A DNA stretch of 61,253 nucleotides, filler included. It is 5 parts of 5 records of this genome, joined end to end, with 100 filler letters (N's around TTAATTAATTAA, not from the genome) between each part and the next. Parts side by side here need not be neighbours in the genome. Positions count along the whole stretch, not along the records: positions 1 to 21,147 come from DRR723986_6701; positions 21,248 to 35,440 come from DRR723986_6711; 3 more parts are not named here. One strand, 5' to 3'. Below the pieces are notes generated by a model, which was given only the letters and a program-made list of their open reading frames with translations, ran no database searches and was not told where the DNA came from. Shown one piece after another: positions 19,346 to 29,151 of the stretch (positions are counted from its first letter, which is position 1; each line of letters starts with the position of its first letter). A program made the position numbers and the translations under genes.

Positions 19346-19963
19346 ATGTCCCGCTTTTCGATTATCGGCCTCACCGGGGGTATTGGCTCCGGAAAATCCA
19401 CGGTTGCCCGTATGTTTGGGGATTTAGGTGTGCATTGGGTAGATGCGGACGACGTCGCAAGGCAGGTTGTGGAACCAGGCACCAAAGCCCTGAGGGCCAT
19501 CACTCATCACTTTGGCGACGGTATTCTCCAGGACAACGGTGGGCTGGACCGGGCGGCTTTACGCCAAAAAGTATTCGAGGACCCCGAGCAGCGCCGATGG
19601 CTGGAGGCATTGTTGCACCCCATTATCCGGGAGGAACTTATCCGCCAGTTGTCACCCGAAGACTATGCTCTGCCTTACGTGATGCTGGTATCTCCCCTAC
19701 TTCTGGAGACGAACCAACACGAGCTGGTGGACAAGGTTGTTGTGGTGGATGTACCGGAAGAGATTCAGATAGAGCGCACCATTGCAAGAGACAGCAATAG
19801 CCGGGAGCAGGTCGAGCGGATACTGGCTGCACAAATGCCCAGAGCCGCACGTTGCGAAAAAGCCGATGCTCTTATCAACAACGAGCAGCCGATGGAGCTT
19901 GTGCAAGCTTCAGTGCGCGCACTGCACCAACGTTTTCTGGCGGACTTTGGCCAAGGAGTATAG
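19346..19963 (+). CDS. coaE: Dephospho-CoA kinase
   Basis: IGLTGGIGSGKST, DAD, LHP; canonical position after pilD. Confidence 0.95.
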   Translation: MSRFSIIGLTGGIGSGKSTVARMFGDLGVHWVDADDVARQVVEPGTKALRAITHHFGDGILQDNGGLDRAALRQKVFEDPEQRRWLEALLHPIIREELIRQLSPEDYALPYVMLVSPLLLETNQHELVDKVVVVDVPEEIQIERTIARDSNSREQVERILAAQMPRAARCEKADALINNEQPMELVQASVRALHQRFLADFGQGV

Positions 19964-19976
19964 TCTGACCCGCCCA

Positions 19977-21041
19977 ATGTTCATTCTCACGGCCATTCTC
20001 CTCGCGCTGGGTACTTCGTCGCTTCTCAGAGCCGCAGAGCCGGCCCTCAAAGTTCGGGATGTTTCGATACCCCGTGTTCTGGCCCCGGAACGATTACCGA
20101 TTTCGTTCTACACCTTCAAACCTGACGAATTCTGGGCGGAACCGAATGATTCGTGGTGGATACAGATCAGCGACTGGGTCATTAGCCAGGAACGCCAACA
20201 CGGAGAAACGGTTCAAACCTTTGGCGCCTGGGCGGACAGCACGCTTTCCGGTTCTTCTGAGCTGTTACCTAACAACGAAAGTTATCTTCAGATAGGCTTT
20301 GCTGCAGAATCGGAATACAGCGATCTGGCGCAGTTTGAGCCCGAGCTACGATTTCGTCTGGATGTACCCACGGCCGAAGAAAAGCTCCGTCTCGTTGTAG
20401 AAAGTGAAAGCGAGGAACTAATCCCTTTGGCAGAACGTGAGCGAGACAGGCAGCTCACAGAGCCCGAGCGAACGGATACGGAAACCACCGGGGCTCTGCG
20501 ATTTCTCACGGATGTGGGTGATGCCATCAATCTTTCTACCGATATTGGCGGGCGATTGAGGCTGCCTCCGGAGATGTTCTGGCGGATGACCGCCCGCAAA
20601 GGCTGGAGGACAAGCAGTGATTGGGCTCTGAAGGTTCAGCAACGCCTGTATTACTACCACACAGAGGGATGGGGGGCGCGCACCTGGCTGGGCTCAAACC
20701 GTGCGTTAGGTGGTGGCTGGCATTACTACAACTCCTCTGAATTAGAATGGGTTCATCGCGACCGCAAGTTTGTGGCGGCTCATATCCATAGTATGCAGAA
20801 ACGGCTGAATACGCGTTCTGTGATTACGCCGCGCGTTGGTGTTCTCGGAGAAAGCCAGCCATCCTGGCGCACCACCGGTTATTTTGCCGATATCACCTGG
20901 CGTTACAGAATGTATGAGGATTGGCTGTTCGCAGAATTGGTGCCTGCGCTGGCGTTCAGGCGAGACGATGATTTCGATGATCAGGCGTCAATCGTGTTCC
21001 GAATCGAGATGTATTTTTCCGGCACTATAAACAGAGATTGA
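19977..21041 (+). CDS. Exported hypothetical protein, possible outer-membrane beta-barrel
   Basis: Signal peptide MFILTAILLALG, alternating aromatic/hydrophobic strands, C-terminal FRIEMYF. Confidence 0.6.
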   Translation: MFILTAILLALGTSSLLRAAEPALKVRDVSIPRVLAPERLPISFYTFKPDEFWAEPNDSWWIQISDWVISQERQHGETVQTFGAWADSTLSGSSELLPNNESYLQIGFAAESEYSDLAQFEPELRFRLDVPTAEEKLRLVVESESEELIPLAERERDRQLTEPERTDTETTGALRFLTDVGDAINLSTDIGGRLRLPPEMFWRMTARKGWRTSSDWALKVQQRLYYYHTEGWGARTWLGSNRALGGGWHYYNSSELEWVHRDRKFVAAHIHSMQKRLNTRSVITPRVGVLGESQPSWRTTGYFADITWRYRMYEDWLFAELVPALAFRRDDDFDDQASIVFRIEMYFSGTINRD

Positions 21042-21147
21042 TGTTTCCGATGACCAGACCACTCCACAAAAGCCGGCCCGCTGATGAGGCGCTTACGCTC
21101 ACACCGGTTGCCATCACGCGCTCCTGTTTTAAAGACAAGTTTGGCGT

Positions 21148-21247
21148 NNNNNNNNNNNNNNNNNNNNNNNNNNNNNNNNNNNNNNNNNNNNTTAATTAAT
21201 TAANNNNNNNNNNNNNNNNNNNNNNNNNNNNNNNNNNNNNNNNNNNN
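21148..21247. other. Artificial contig spacer
   Basis: N44-TTAATTAATTAA-N44 (stops in all frames). Confidence 0.98.
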
Positions 21248-23050
21248 AAGGTTGGAATAGCCGGTGCCGAAATCGTCGATAACAATCCGGTAGCCGGCGG
21301 CTTTCAGCTTCGTCAGGGATTCGTAGGCATGCGGAATATCGCCAAGCAGAACGCTTTCGGTGATTTCCAGCGAGATGTCGTTCGCATTGCAGCCGGTTTC
21401 CTTCGGCAGGCTTTGCATGCGTGCAACAAAGGTGGGGTCCGAAAGCTGCTTGGGTGAGACGTTCATCGACAGCGGTACGGAAACGTTCAGCAGCTTGAGC
21501 CCGGACTGCATGTAGGCAACATTCCGGCTGACCCAGGTGCCGATCTCGTTGATGAGGCCGGTTTCCTCGGCAACCGGCACGAAGTCATCGGGACTGACCA
21601 GGCCTTTTTCGGGGTGCTGCCAGCGCAACAGGGCCTCGGCGCCGACAACACGTTGGGTGCGGGTGCAGGCAATCGGCTGGTAATACAGCAGGAATTCATT
21701 CTCGCGGATTGCCCGTTCGAGATCCTTCTTCAGGGACATGTGCTTGTCCCGGAGTTTGCGCATGAATTCCTTGTAGCGGACGCATTTGTTCTTCCGCTCC
21801 GACTTGGCCTGGTAAAGCGCAAGGTCCGCATGACGCATGAGCTGGTCGATGTCCGTACCGTCGGCCGGATAATGGGCATAGCCGATGCTCAGCCCGACAT
21901 GACGAGGCTTGCCCTCAATCAGATGCGGACTGGTAAAGGCCTGCAGCAGCGCTTGTCCGAACCAGTCCGGTCGCGGGCTTTCGGGCGAGGACAGGTGGCA
22001 GATCAGAAATTCGTCGCCGCCAAGACGGGCGACAATGTCGTTGTTTCCGGCCAGATCCTTCAGTTTGGATGCAACAAGCTGCAGAAGATGGTCGCCTGCA
22101 GCATGGCCAAGCGTGTCATTGACCATCTTGAAGTCGTCCAGATCCACGAGATAAAGCGTTGCGATCAGGTTGTTGTCCTTCGCAGTCTGCCTCACATGCG
22201 ACAGGCGTTCCTTCAGATAGGTCCGGTTCGACAGCCCTGTCAGCGCATCATGGCTCGCAAGATACTGGGCGCGTTCCTTGGTCTGGTGAAGCTCCGTGAC
22301 ATCGATCTCGCTCAGCAGAAAGGCAGGCTTTCCTGTTACGGCGTCATGGCAGCGGCGGATGGTGATTTCGTGCCAGCGCAGGCCGTCGCTCGTCCGGACC
22401 TCCGCCACGAACTTGGTCGTGGCTTTTTCCGTGAGGACGCCCATCACGTTCTTGGCGAGCACCTGATCGATGAAATGATCCCACAAGGTGCACGCGAGAT
22501 CGGTGCAAGCTGCCCTCGCGGCCGTGTTGCGGTAAAGAGGTTGCCCGTCTTCGGAGAACAGCGAGATCATCACCGTGGTGTGCATCAGCGCTTCGGCGCT
22601 TCGGAGCGTTTCCGGCTGTTGCTCGTGATGCGGACGGCCTTCGCACAGCAGCGCCATACGACCGTCATTCAGCCGGATGCCGCTCATGACAACCTGCAGG
22701 ACCTGAGCCTTGCCATTCGGATAGAGTGTCCAGATCTCCGAAAAGCTCACGTCATGCTTGGTGAAATCCTGCTGGTACTGCCGCAGGCGCTGTTCCACCG
22801 AATGGGACATGTCCGAGCCCATGTCGCGTGCCCGCAGCTCTTCCAGCGATTCGGCATCGGTAATCTCAAGCGCCTTGCGATTGGCCCACACAATGCATTT
22901 TTCGTCGAAATCGAAAATCCAGATACCGGTGTCGAGACGATCGTAAATCGAAAAGATCAGCTCTTGATCCACCCTGCCGTCATCGAGTGTAAAAGACAGG
23001 GACGCTTTCCTTTTTTCGGTTGCCCGCTGCGTCTGGGAAAGATCGGACAT
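21248..23050 (-). CDS. PAS-like/GGDEF/EAL c-di-GMP enzyme, 3'-truncated by the spacer
   Basis: HDALTGL.NR, RLGGDEF, YYQP, AEALLRW, IDDFGTGYS. Start may be 23050 or 23083. Confidence 0.92.
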
Positions 23051-23477
23051 ATGTGACAGGGTCGTTCTCCGGGATGAACGCATTCGAAATCAAAAATCAT
23101 GACGGACGAAGCCGCCAGTTCGTGTCTGGCAACGCAAATTTGCAACTTTGCAGAAGTGTAAGGAACGTGAATATATCATTCAATTTAAAATCGGGAAAAC
23201 CGCTGACAAACTTAACGAGATCTGGTGATACTTTCAGTTTCTGAATTTAGAATAGTGCCGATAGATAAAACTTGCATCAAACGCCAACAGATTGTTGTGC
23301 GACACCTTGGATGCCGGATTTGAGCTTTCCCCGATTGCAAAAGGCCGTATCGCGCTGGTTTTGCGCCAGCTGACTGCCTGTCGCTGGCGTGTCCGCTCAG
23401 CTTTACAACACTTGCCTGCCATGGTTGTTTCAAACTGTCTGAAACGCGGCAATTGCCCTTCAGCAGGATATTTCAAG

Positions 23478-24107
23478 ATGACGGATCTGTTCGACATCAC
23501 GCCGCCCGTGCGGCCGGGTATAGCGGTCTATCCCGGCGACGCGCCTTATCGCAGCTCCTGGACGGCGACGATCTCAGAGGACTGCCCGGTGAATGTCGGC
23601 GAGTTTTCCATGTCGAGCCATTGCGGAGCCCATGCCGATGCACCGCTGCACTACGACCCGGACGGTCTGACGATCGATCAGCTTGATCTGCATGATTTCG
23701 TCGGACCGGCCCGGCTGATCGATGCACGCGGTACCGGTCCGCTTTGCCAGCCCGAAGAGCTGGAAGCGTTCCTTGAAGGCTGCCCGTCCCGAGTGCTTGT
23801 GCGGCTTGCCGAAGAACGAGACGTTACGGTCTGGCCGGCAGGCTACAGGGCTCTGTCACCGGAAACCATGAGCCTGCTGGCGGACGCCGGTGTCAAGTTG
23901 ATCGGCGTAGATGTGCCCTCCGTCGACCCGGATCCTTCCGAAACCCTGCCCAGTCACGGGATCGCCCGTTCCCGTGACATGCTGATTCTGGAAAATCTTG
24001 CTCTTTCTGCGGTGGAACCCGGTGATTATGAGTTGATTGCGCTGCCAATGAAGTTAGAAGGGCTGGACGCCGCGCCGGTTCGGGCCATTTTGCGCCCGCT
24101 CCGCTAA
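23478..24107 (+). CDS. kynB: Kynurenine formamidase (cyclase family)
   Basis: DITPP, YPGD, HCGAHADAPLH, GVDVPSVD, ILENL, DAAPVRA. Confidence 0.85.
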   Translation: MTDLFDITPPVRPGIAVYPGDAPYRSSWTATISEDCPVNVGEFSMSSHCGAHADAPLHYDPDGLTIDQLDLHDFVGPARLIDARGTGPLCQPEELEAFLEGCPSRVLVRLAEERDVTVWPAGYRALSPETMSLLADAGVKLIGVDVPSVDPDPSETLPSHGIARSRDMLILENLALSAVEPGDYELIALPMKLEGLDAAPVRAILRPLR

Positions 24108-24176
24108 TCCCGGGAAACGGGAAAGCGCGGCCGGAATAAGAAAAAGACTGACCGTTGGGAGCGGCAAGGAGCGTGA

Positions 24177-24947
24177 ATGCTGGAGCTTGATCAGCTCGTT
24201 ATGGATTTCAGCGGATTCCGGGCGGTGAATGGCTGCTCGTTCCGCGTCGAGGAAGGCAGTATCACCGGATTGATCGGCCCGAACGGGGCTGGCAAGACGA
24301 CGCTTTTCAACCTGATCGCAGGGGCACTGCAACCGACAAGCGGACGCATCCGGTTTCTGGGCGAGGACGTCACCAGCCTGGCCAGCCATGAGCTGTTTCA
24401 CAAGGGACTGGTGCGGACATTCCAGATCCCGCATGAATTTCACAAGCTGACGGCGCTGGAAAACCTGATGATGGTGCCGCCGTCTCAGCCGGGCGAAAGC
24501 CTGTTTTCCAATTGGCTCGCCTGGGGGCGGGTGAAGGCTGCCGAGGCCGAGGTCGAGAAAAAGGCCTATGAGACCCTGGCATTCCTGGAGCTGACCCACG
24601 TGGCGCACGAGCCGGCCGGCAACCTTTCCGGTGGCCAGAAGAAGCTTCTGGAACTGGGCCGCACCATGATGACCGATGCCAGACTTGTGCTGCTCGACGA
24701 ACCGGCGGCGGGCGTCAATCGCACCCTGCTGCGCAAGCTCGAGACCAAGATCGAGATCCTGAACAAGGAGCGCGGCTACACGTTCATCCTGATCGAACAT
24801 GACATGGAAATGATCGAGAAACTCTGCGATCCCGTTGTGTGCATGGCCGAGGGCAGGGTGTTGATCCAGGGTGATTTCCAGACCGTGCGGTCCAATCCTC
24901 AGGTGCTGGAAGCCTATCTGGGCGAAACCACGGGAGATGCCGCATGA
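24177..24947 (+). CDS. HAAT ABC transporter ATP-binding protein (LivG-like)
   Basis: GPNGAGKTT, RTFQ, LSGGQ, DEPAAG, IEHDM. Confidence 0.92.
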   Translation: MLELDQLVMDFSGFRAVNGCSFRVEEGSITGLIGPNGAGKTTLFNLIAGALQPTSGRIRFLGEDVTSLASHELFHKGLVRTFQIPHEFHKLTALENLMMVPPSQPGESLFSNWLAWGRVKAAEAEVEKKAYETLAFLELTHVAHEPAGNLSGGQKKLLELGRTMMTDARLVLLDEPAAGVNRTLLRKLETKIEILNKERGYTFILIEHDMEMIEKLCDPVVCMAEGRVLIQGDFQTVRSNPQVLEAYLGETTGDAA

Positions 24948-25651
24948 CTGCGCTTCTTTCCATGGACGGCATCACCGGAGGCTACGGCGATGCGGACATC
25001 CTTCAGGACGTCTCCATGCATGTGGATGCGGACGAGATCGTCGTCATCGTCGGCCCGAATGGTGCCGGCAAGTCCACGGCCATGAAATCCGTTTTCGGTC
25101 TCCTGACCATCCGCGGCGGCCGCATGCTGTTCGACGGCGACGACATCACCAGTTGGGCTCCCAACCGCATCGTCCAGCGCGGCATCTGCTATGTCCCGCA
25201 GGTCGACAACATTTTCCGCGAGATGTCGATCCACGAGAACCTGGAGATGGGTGGCTTCCTGAAGAAGGGTGACCTAAGCGCTGCCTATGACCGGGTCTAC
25301 ACCCTGTTTCCGGACCTGAAGGAACGCCGCAAGACGCTTGCAGGGTCCCTGTCGGGCGGGCAGCGGCAGATGGTGGCGATGGGCCGGGCGCTGATGCTCG
25401 ATCCGAAGCTTCTGCTTCTCGACGAACCGACCGCCGGGCTTTCGCCCAAATACATGGAACAGATCTTCCAGATCTGCCGGGACGTGCGCGACACCGGTGT
25501 CGCCATCCTCCTGGTGGAGCAGCACGCCAAGCAGGCACTTGCCTTTGCCGACCGGGGCTATGTCCTGGCCGCCGGCAAGAACCGCCACGAAGGCAGCGGT
25601 GCCGACCTCTTGGCCGACCGTGAAGTCGCTGAAATGTTCCTGGGGGGCTGA
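24944..25651 (+). CDS. HAAT ABC transporter ATP-binding protein (LivF-like)
   Basis: GPNGAGKST, LSGGQRQM, DEPTAGL, LLVEQ. Confidence 0.92.
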   Translation: MTALLSMDGITGGYGDADILQDVSMHVDADEIVVIVGPNGAGKSTAMKSVFGLLTIRGGRMLFDGDDITSWAPNRIVQRGICYVPQVDNIFREMSIHENLEMGGFLKKGDLSAAYDRVYTLFPDLKERRKTLAGSLSGGQRQMVAMGRALMLDPKLLLLDEPTAGLSPKYMEQIFQICRDVRDTGVAILLVEQHAKQALAFADRGYVLAAGKNRHEGSGADLLADREVAEMFLGG

Positions 25652-25656
25652 GCGGT

Positions 25657-26529
25657 ATGGATTTTCTTGAGCTCATCAATTTCTACGTCATTCCGGGCAT
25701 CGTGCTCGGCTCGATCTATGCACTTGGCGCCGTTGGCATCACGCTGATCTTCGCCATCTTGCGCTATGCCCATCTGGCGCATGGTGATCTGGCGACGCTT
25801 GGTGCCTTCATTGCGCTGGCGGTTGTCACCGGTCTTGGCGTCTCGCCGCTTCTGGCCCTGCCGATCGCCATCATCGCGACCGCCGCCGTTGCCGTCGGCA
25901 TCGACAAGGTGTTCTATGAACATCTGCGCGAGCGGCCGAAAATCGTCACCGTGATGGCCTCGCTCGGCATAGCGCTGATGATCCGCGCCGTGGTGCAGGT
26001 GGTCTGGGGTGTCGATACGGAAACCTATTCCCGCGGTATCGTCCGTCCGGAAAATTATTTCGGCCTGCGCATCCGTGACCGCGAAATCCTGACGGTCATC
26101 GCCATGTTAGCGCTTGTCGGCGGACTGCAGCTGTTCCTGACCCGCTCCAAGTGGGGCAAGGCCATGCGCGCCATGTCGGACAACCCCAATCTGGCTTTGC
26201 TCTCTGGCATCGACAACAAGAAGGTCGTGATGCTGACCTGGGTGATCGCAGGTGGTCTGTGTGCTGCCTCCGGTGTCTTCCTCGGCCTCAACACGGAACT
26301 GAAGTCGCTGATGGGCTGGCAGATGCTGCTGCCGATGTTCGCTGCCGCCATCCTGGGCGGGGTCGGCCGGATCGAGGGGGCCGTGCTTGGCGGGTTGATC
26401 GTCGGCATTGCCGAGGAGTTGTCGGTTCTGGTGATCCCGAGCGAATACAAGGCCGCAATGGCCTTCGCCATCCTGTTGTTCATGCTGCTTGTGCGCCCGA
26501 CCGGGCTGCTCAAGGGCAAAGTGCTGTAA
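25657..26529 (+). CDS. HAAT ABC transporter permease (LivH-like)
   Basis: GSIYALGAVG, AHGD, GKAMRA, AAILGG, RPTGL. Confidence 0.92.
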   Translation: MDFLELINFYVIPGIVLGSIYALGAVGITLIFAILRYAHLAHGDLATLGAFIALAVVTGLGVSPLLALPIAIIATAAVAVGIDKVFYEHLRERPKIVTVMASLGIALMIRAVVQVVWGVDTETYSRGIVRPENYFGLRIRDREILTVIAMLALVGGLQLFLTRSKWGKAMRAMSDNPNLALLSGIDNKKVVMLTWVIAGGLCAASGVFLGLNTELKSLMGWQMLLPMFAAAILGGVGRIEGAVLGGLIVGIAEELSVLVIPSEYKAAMAFAILLFMLLVRPTGLLKGKVL

Positions 26530-26542
26530 GGGGAGGGAGAAA

Positions 26543-27529
26543 ATGGAATATCTCGGTCTTCTCAACTACGCCCTCTTCATGGCGATCTTCATCGGCATCT
26601 ACGCACTGCTGGCGCTGGGGCTCAACATTCAGTGGGGCTTTGCCGGTCTGTTCAACGCCGGCATTGCCGGGTTCTTCGCAGTTGGCGCCTATACCTCCGC
26701 GATCCTGACGACAGAACATGCCGACGGCCGTATCGGCGGCTTTGACATGCCGTTCTTCGTCGGCTGGATCGGAGCGATGCTTGCCGCAGCTCTCGTGGCC
26801 TGGCCTATCGGCAAGATCTGTCTGCGGTTCCGCTCCGACTATCTGGCGATTGCCTCCATCGGGATTGCGGAAATCATTCGACTTGTGGTCAAGTCCGAAC
26901 CGGTGCTGACCAATGGCGCCCGCGGTATTTCCGGTATTCCGCGCCCGGCGGCGGAGTTTCCGTCACTGGCGCAGGAAAGCGCCTACATGGCGTCTCAGGC
27001 TGCCTATCTTGCCATTGTCATCGTCGTTCTGATTGCGGCTTACCTGCTGGTCGAGCGTCAGTTCAACGCGCCCTGGGGCCGCATGATGCGCGCCATCCGC
27101 GACAATGAAGGCGCCGCCAAGGCCATGGGCAAGGATGTCGAGTTCCGCCGCCTGCAGGCCTTCATTTTCGGCTCGGCCCTGATGGGGCTGGGCGGCGCGC
27201 TGTTCGCGCATTTCAACCGCTCGATCACCCCGGAAGCCATCGACCCGATGGTCGCGACCTTCCTGGTCTGGATCATGCTGATCCTTGGAGGCTCCGGCAA
27301 CAACCGCGGCGCCATTCTGGGAGCTGCGGTGGTCTGGATCATCTGGTCGATGTCGGAAATCGCAACTGACCGCCTGCCGACGGAATATGCCATCCAGGCC
27401 AAATATATTCGCCTGTTCCTGATCGGCCTGATGCTGCAGCTGGTGCTGCGCTTCCGGCCGGAAGGCCTGCTGCCGGAACCGCTGAGAGGCGACCGGCGTG
27501 CAACAAGATCCGGTGCGGATCACACTTAG
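26543..27529 (+). CDS. HAAT ABC transporter permease (LivM-like)
   Basis: ALGLNIQWG, DYLAIA, AIRDNE, ILGGSGN, RPEGL. ATG at 26543 after GGAG. Confidence 0.92.
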   Translation: MEYLGLLNYALFMAIFIGIYALLALGLNIQWGFAGLFNAGIAGFFAVGAYTSAILTTEHADGRIGGFDMPFFVGWIGAMLAAALVAWPIGKICLRFRSDYLAIASIGIAEIIRLVVKSEPVLTNGARGISGIPRPAAEFPSLAQESAYMASQAAYLAIVIVVLIAAYLLVERQFNAPWGRMMRAIRDNEGAAKAMGKDVEFRRLQAFIFGSALMGLGGALFAHFNRSITPEAIDPMVATFLVWIMLILGGSGNNRGAILGAAVVWIIWSMSEIATDRLPTEYAIQAKYIRLFLIGLMLQLVLRFRPEGLLPEPLRGDRRATRSGADHT

Positions 27530-27619
27530 ATCCGTTCCTCAGGCTAGCTTCCCGGTATCGGGAGGCGGAGCCTCGAAAATCCAAAGTCCCGGCGAAGACC
27601 GGAATAATGAGGAGGTACT

Positions 27620-28828
27620 TTGATGAAAACCAAGATTCTCGCGCTTGCAGCCGGTCTGATGACGGCAACCGCGCTGGCATCCGTGCCGGCAAAGGCCGAT
27701 GTCAAGATCGGCTTGCTCGGTGGCATCTCCGGCCCGATCGCAGCCATGGCTCCGGCCATGATCGACGCCGCGCAGTTGGCCTTTCAGCAGGTCAACGAGC
27801 AGGGCGGCATCGGCGACGGCGAAAAGCTGGTCGGTGTTGTCGGCGACAGCGCCTGCAATCCGCAGAACGGCACTGACGCCGCAACCAAGGCCGTGAACAT
27901 CGAAGGCGTCATCGGCGTCGTCGGTCCGCATTGCTCGGGCGCGGTTCTGGCTGCAGCCGGTTCCGTCACCATTCCGGCTGGTATCACCATGATCACGCCG
28001 TCCGGCACCTCGCCGGAAATCTCCACCCTCGACGACAAGGGCACCGTGTTCCGCACCGTGCCGTCCGACGACTATCAGGGCCGTGCACTGGCACGTACCC
28101 TGAAGGAGCAAGGCTACGAGAAGGTCGCCGTCGCTTACCTCAACAACGACTACGGCACCGGTCTTGCCAATGCGTTCAAGGCGGAATTCGTCGATGAACT
28201 CAGCGGTGAAATCACCCAGTTCGCAGCGCATGAGGAAGGCAAGGCCTCCTACCGTTCCAACCTTGCCGAACTCGCCAAGGGCGGCGCGGACACGCTGGTG
28301 ATCTTCGACTACGGCGACGGCACCGGCCTCACCATCCTGCGTCAGGCTCTCGAAAACGGCTTCTTCGACAAGTTCGTCGGCGGCGACGGCATGAAGTCCG
28401 AAGCGGTCATCAACGAGCTGGGTGCCGAAAACCTGGCCACGTTCGTTTCGTCCTCGCCGGTTGGCGAACAGTCCGAATCCCTCGACATCTTCAACGAAGC
28501 CTTCAAGGGCATCGGCGGCGATCCGGATGCGATCTTTGCCACCACGTCCTATGACGCGGCGTTCCTGCTGGCATTGGCGGTCGAAAAGGCCGGCGGCAAG
28601 AAGGAAGACGTTGCAGCGGCAATGGCCGAAGTCTCCAACGGCGAAGGTGAAGCGATCCGTCCGGGTGAGTGGAAGAAGGCCAAGGAACTGATCGCAGCCG
28701 GCACGGCCATCGACTACAAGGGCGCAGCCGGCGACCACAACTTCGATGAAAAGGGCGACGTCCCGGGCACCTACGCCCTTTGGGAAGTCGGTGCGAATGG
28801 CTTCGAAGTCCTGACCGAAATGAAATAA
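27620..28828 (+). CDS. HAAT ABC transporter substrate-binding protein
   Basis: Signal peptide, GPHCS, FRTVPSD, NNDYG, YDA; GGAGG RBS. Confidence 0.92.
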   Translation: MMKTKILALAAGLMTATALASVPAKADVKIGLLGGISGPIAAMAPAMIDAAQLAFQQVNEQGGIGDGEKLVGVVGDSACNPQNGTDAATKAVNIEGVIGVVGPHCSGAVLAAAGSVTIPAGITMITPSGTSPEISTLDDKGTVFRTVPSDDYQGRALARTLKEQGYEKVAVAYLNNDYGTGLANAFKAEFVDELSGEITQFAAHEEGKASYRSNLAELAKGGADTLVIFDYGDGTGLTILRQALENGFFDKFVGGDGMKSEAVINELGAENLATFVSSSPVGEQSESLDIFNEAFKGIGGDPDAIFATTSYDAAFLLALAVEKAGGKKEDVAAAMAEVSNGEGEAIRPGEWKKAKELIAAGTAIDYKGAAGDHNFDEKGDVPGTYALWEVGANGFEVLTEMK

Positions 28829-28854
28829 GCGACTTCGCAAGAAGCGTTTTTAAG

Positions 28855-28888
28855 AGACCGGCGACCTGAAAGGGTCGCCGGTTTTTCT
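28855..28888 (+). terminator. Intrinsic terminator
   Basis: ACCGGCGACC-tgaaag-GGTCGCCGGT followed by a T-tract. Confidence 0.88.
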
Positions 28889-28911
28889 GTTTCCATCGCT
28901 TCGGTTCCCGT

Positions 28912-29084
28912 CGTCATTCCGGACAAGCGAGGCAAAGCCGAACGCAGATCCGGAATCCAGACTTATTTCGCGCTGAAAGCGCGGCTGCTTCCTTTTCTGT
29001 CAAACAAGAGTTCGCTCATGCTCACGCTTACGCGCTGGCTTCCGGATCGGCGTGCAGCATTGGCTGCGCTTGTCCGGAAAGACG
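28912..29084. repeat. 173-bp nested palindromic (REP/MITE-like) element
   Basis: Outer IR CGTCATTCCGGACAAGCG / CGCTTGTCCGGAAAGACG (17/18). Inner IR GATCCGGAATCCAG / CTGGCTTCCGGATC (13/14). Confidence 0.8.
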
Positions 29085-29151
29085 GAGGGGCAGGGAAAAC
29101 AAGCTCACATCTCCCTTACCCCCTCCCGAAATTCCCGCTATACACCCCGCC

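Noticed and set aside
21192-21203. TTAATTAATTAA motif occurring four times in the window
   Set aside because: Artificial linker inside N runs, not a biological repeat
21614-23056. 480-aa + strand ORF
   Set aside because: Antisense shadow of the GGDEF/EAL gene, with no recognisable motifs; common in GC-rich coding DNA
23246-23262. TTTAGAA half-site resembling an Irr ICE box
   Set aside because: The second half does not match TTCTAAA
27539-28840. 433-aa minus-strand ORF
   Set aside because: Antisense to the ABC substrate-binding protein
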